A DNA stretch of 64,000 nucleotides. Origin: Candidatus Falkowbacteria bacterium GW2011_GWF2_43_32 (GTDB taxonomy: Bacteria > Patescibacteriota > Patescibacteriia > Patescibacteriales > UBA12465). Shown in pieces: positions 62,698 to 64,000 of this stretch. Each line of letters opens with the position of its first letter. Position 1 is the stretch's first letter. The stretch spans positions 387,139-451,138 of the forward strand of contig LCGL01000001.1 in NCBI GenBank assembly GCA_000999715.1, read 5' to 3'. The notes under the pieces are model-generated. The model saw only the letters and a program-made list of their open reading frames with translations, was not told where the DNA came from and did no database searches. Both the position numbers and the translations under genes were made by a program.

Positions 62698-63588
62698 ATG
62701 ACTGACGGAAAAGCCTTAATGGTCGAAAAAGAACCAAGACAGAAAATCAGACGACGGCGGCGCAAATGGCGGCCGGTTTTTTTGACGGTTGTCGCGATAT
62801 TACTGTTTTTTATTGCCAAGTCGGCGTTTAATGTCGTTCGATTATCGACGCATGGACCGGAAGTTCATTTTTTTGACATCGGACAAGGGGATGCGGCCCT
62901 AATCAAAGCTCCCGACGGACAGACCGTTTTATTGGATGGCGGCCCGGATAATTCTGTTCTTCGTCGTTTGGGAGATAGTTTGCCGTTTTATCGTCGCCGG
63001 CTTGATTTTGTCATTTTCAGTCATTATCACGACGACCACATCACCGGCTTGGTTGAGGTTTTGCAAAGATATCGGGTAGGAAAATTGATTTTTGCGCCTC
63101 CGGAAAGAGAGTCGCCGATTTTGGAAGCTCTTTGGGAGACCGCGGCGGAACGTCGAGTGGAGATGTTGCCGGTAGAGAATATGATCCGTCTTAGTTTTAC
63201 TCCGGATTGCACTTTAGATTTGTTGAATCCGAATTCTCTGGGCATCACGGCAGACGATAATAATTCTTTGTATGCGAGATTTGTTTGCGATAAGCAAAGC
63301 GTTCTGTTTACCGGCGACAATAGCGCCAAGGCGGAAAAAGCTTTATTGGTTTCCGGCTGGCCGCTGTCAGCCGAGGTGTTGAAGGCTTCGCATCACGGAT
63401 CCAAAACCGCTAACAGTGAAGAATTTTTACGAGCCGTCAATCCGAATTTATTGGTTATTTCCGTGGGAGAGGATAATCGGTTTGGACATCCTCATCCCTT
63501 GATTTTGGAGCGAGCCGTCGATTTGGGAATTAGCGTTAAACGCACCGACGAACTCGGCAGCCTTAAAATTTTCAATCGGTCGGAATAA
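62698..63588 (+). CDS. ComEC/Rec2-related MBL-fold metallo-hydrolase (stand-alone C-terminal-domain type)
   Basis: N-terminal TM anchor, then FFDIGQGDAALI, SHYHDDHITGL and ASHHGSKTANS motifs, as in the beta-lactamase-like domain of ComEC. Start at the ATG at 62698. Confidence 0.75.
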   Translation: MTDGKALMVEKEPRQKIRRRRRKWRPVFLTVVAILLFFIAKSAFNVVRLSTHGPEVHFFDIGQGDAALIKAPDGQTVLLDGGPDNSVLRRLGDSLPFYRRRLDFVIFSHYHDDHITGLVEVLQRYRVGKLIFAPPERESPILEALWETAAERRVEMLPVENMIRLSFTPDCTLDLLNPNSLGITADDNNSLYARFVCDKQSVLFTGDNSAKAEKALLVSGWPLSAEVLKASHHGSKTANSEEFLRAVNPNLLVISVGEDNRFGHPHPLILERAVDLGISVKRTDELGSLKIFNRSE

Positions 63589-63713
63589 GGAAAAAGTTGA
63601 TAAAAAACAGAGTATTTTCATTATTTTTAGGCGTTTTTTCAAGTTGACCAAGCGAGACGGATTTGTTATAATAGTTTTAAGGTTTCTAAGCCTTTTTTAT
63701 TGTTTAAGAATAT

Positions 63714-64000
63714 ATGATTATTACCTGGCAAGGACATTCCTGCTTTAAAATTCAAGATAAAATCGGACCGGATGGCGTGACGGTCACGACCGATCCCTTT
63801 GATAAAGATTTGGCCACTAAGGCCAATTTGAAAGTTCCGAATTTTGAATCGGACATCGTCACGGTTTCTCATCAACATCATGATCATAACAACGCGGGCG
63901 CTTTGCGCGGCGTGCCCTTTGTGATTGATTGCGCCGGCGAATATGATTTTAAAGGCGTTTTGATTGAAGGGATCGATTCTTATCATGATGAAAAGAACGG
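63714..64000 (+). CDS. MBL-fold metal-dependent hydrolase (UPF0173-like), 3'-truncated by window edge; not in the ORF track
   Basis: ATG at 63714. MIITWQGHSCFKIQD...VTVTTDPFD......DIVTVSHQHHDHNN, open to the end of the window. Confidence 0.65.
   Translation, partial: MIITWQGHSCFKIQDKIGPDGVTVTTDPFDKDLATKANLKVPNFESDIVTVSHQHHDHNNAGALRGVPFVIDCAGEYDFKGVLIEGIDSYHDEKN

Overview
This 64-kb window is moderately AT-rich and comes from a gene-dense, streamlined bacterium. The gene content suggests a Candidate Phyla Radiation/Patescibacteria-type genome, though this is an inference and no search was run. That content is housekeeping genes, many small secreted or membrane proteins, VirB2/TrbC-like pilin paralogs, PilB and ComEC parts, and almost no metabolism. 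The core genes I can support are: partial ppsA, smc, yifB/comM, rplS, tsaE, lspA, efp, the rpsF-ssb-rpsR operon, ychF, tsaD, a short uvrA, tyrS, argS and glyQS. There are also 8 tRNA genes (Leu-GAG, Val-TAC, Asp-GTC, Arg-CCG, Ser-CGA, Cys-GCA, Glu-TTC) and one degenerate extra Arg-CCG-like copy. No rRNA, CRISPR array, transposase or integrase is visible.

The most interesting content is two AT-rich accessory regions. Each starts exactly at the 3' end of a tRNA gene: tRNA-Ser(CGA), running leftward about 29.8 -> 22.3 kb, and tRNA-Glu(TTC), running rightward about 39.0 -> 43.7 kb. Both are built from small units of mostly one gene each, with unrelated functions. The units are separated by reiterated junction modules, and each junction contains a copy of the 3' end of the anchoring tRNA plus a terminator hairpin. 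Both arrays begin with related GC-rich mini-elements of about 200 bp. This looks like an integron-like cassette array anchored on a tRNA, with no recombinase in the window.

The cargo includes a Tlde1/YkuD-like toxin candidate with a membrane-anchored partner, an MNT/HEPN pair, an ADP-ribosyltransferase-like protein, a Fic protein (a second Fic gene lies between the two tRNA-Arg copies), and NUDIX, GNAT and HAD enzymes.

Other notable items:
- six tandem paralogous pilin-like genes, plus a seventh with a Cys-rich tail
- a 1003-aa PilB/GspE ATPase with two complete ATPase modules
- an ORF-free AT-rich region with a perfect DnaA box at a gene-strand switch (candidate oriC)
- a UvrA that lacks the UvrB-binding insert
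- a translin-like gene
- an unannotated 42-aa lysine-rich ORF
- an EF-P with Arg at the modification position
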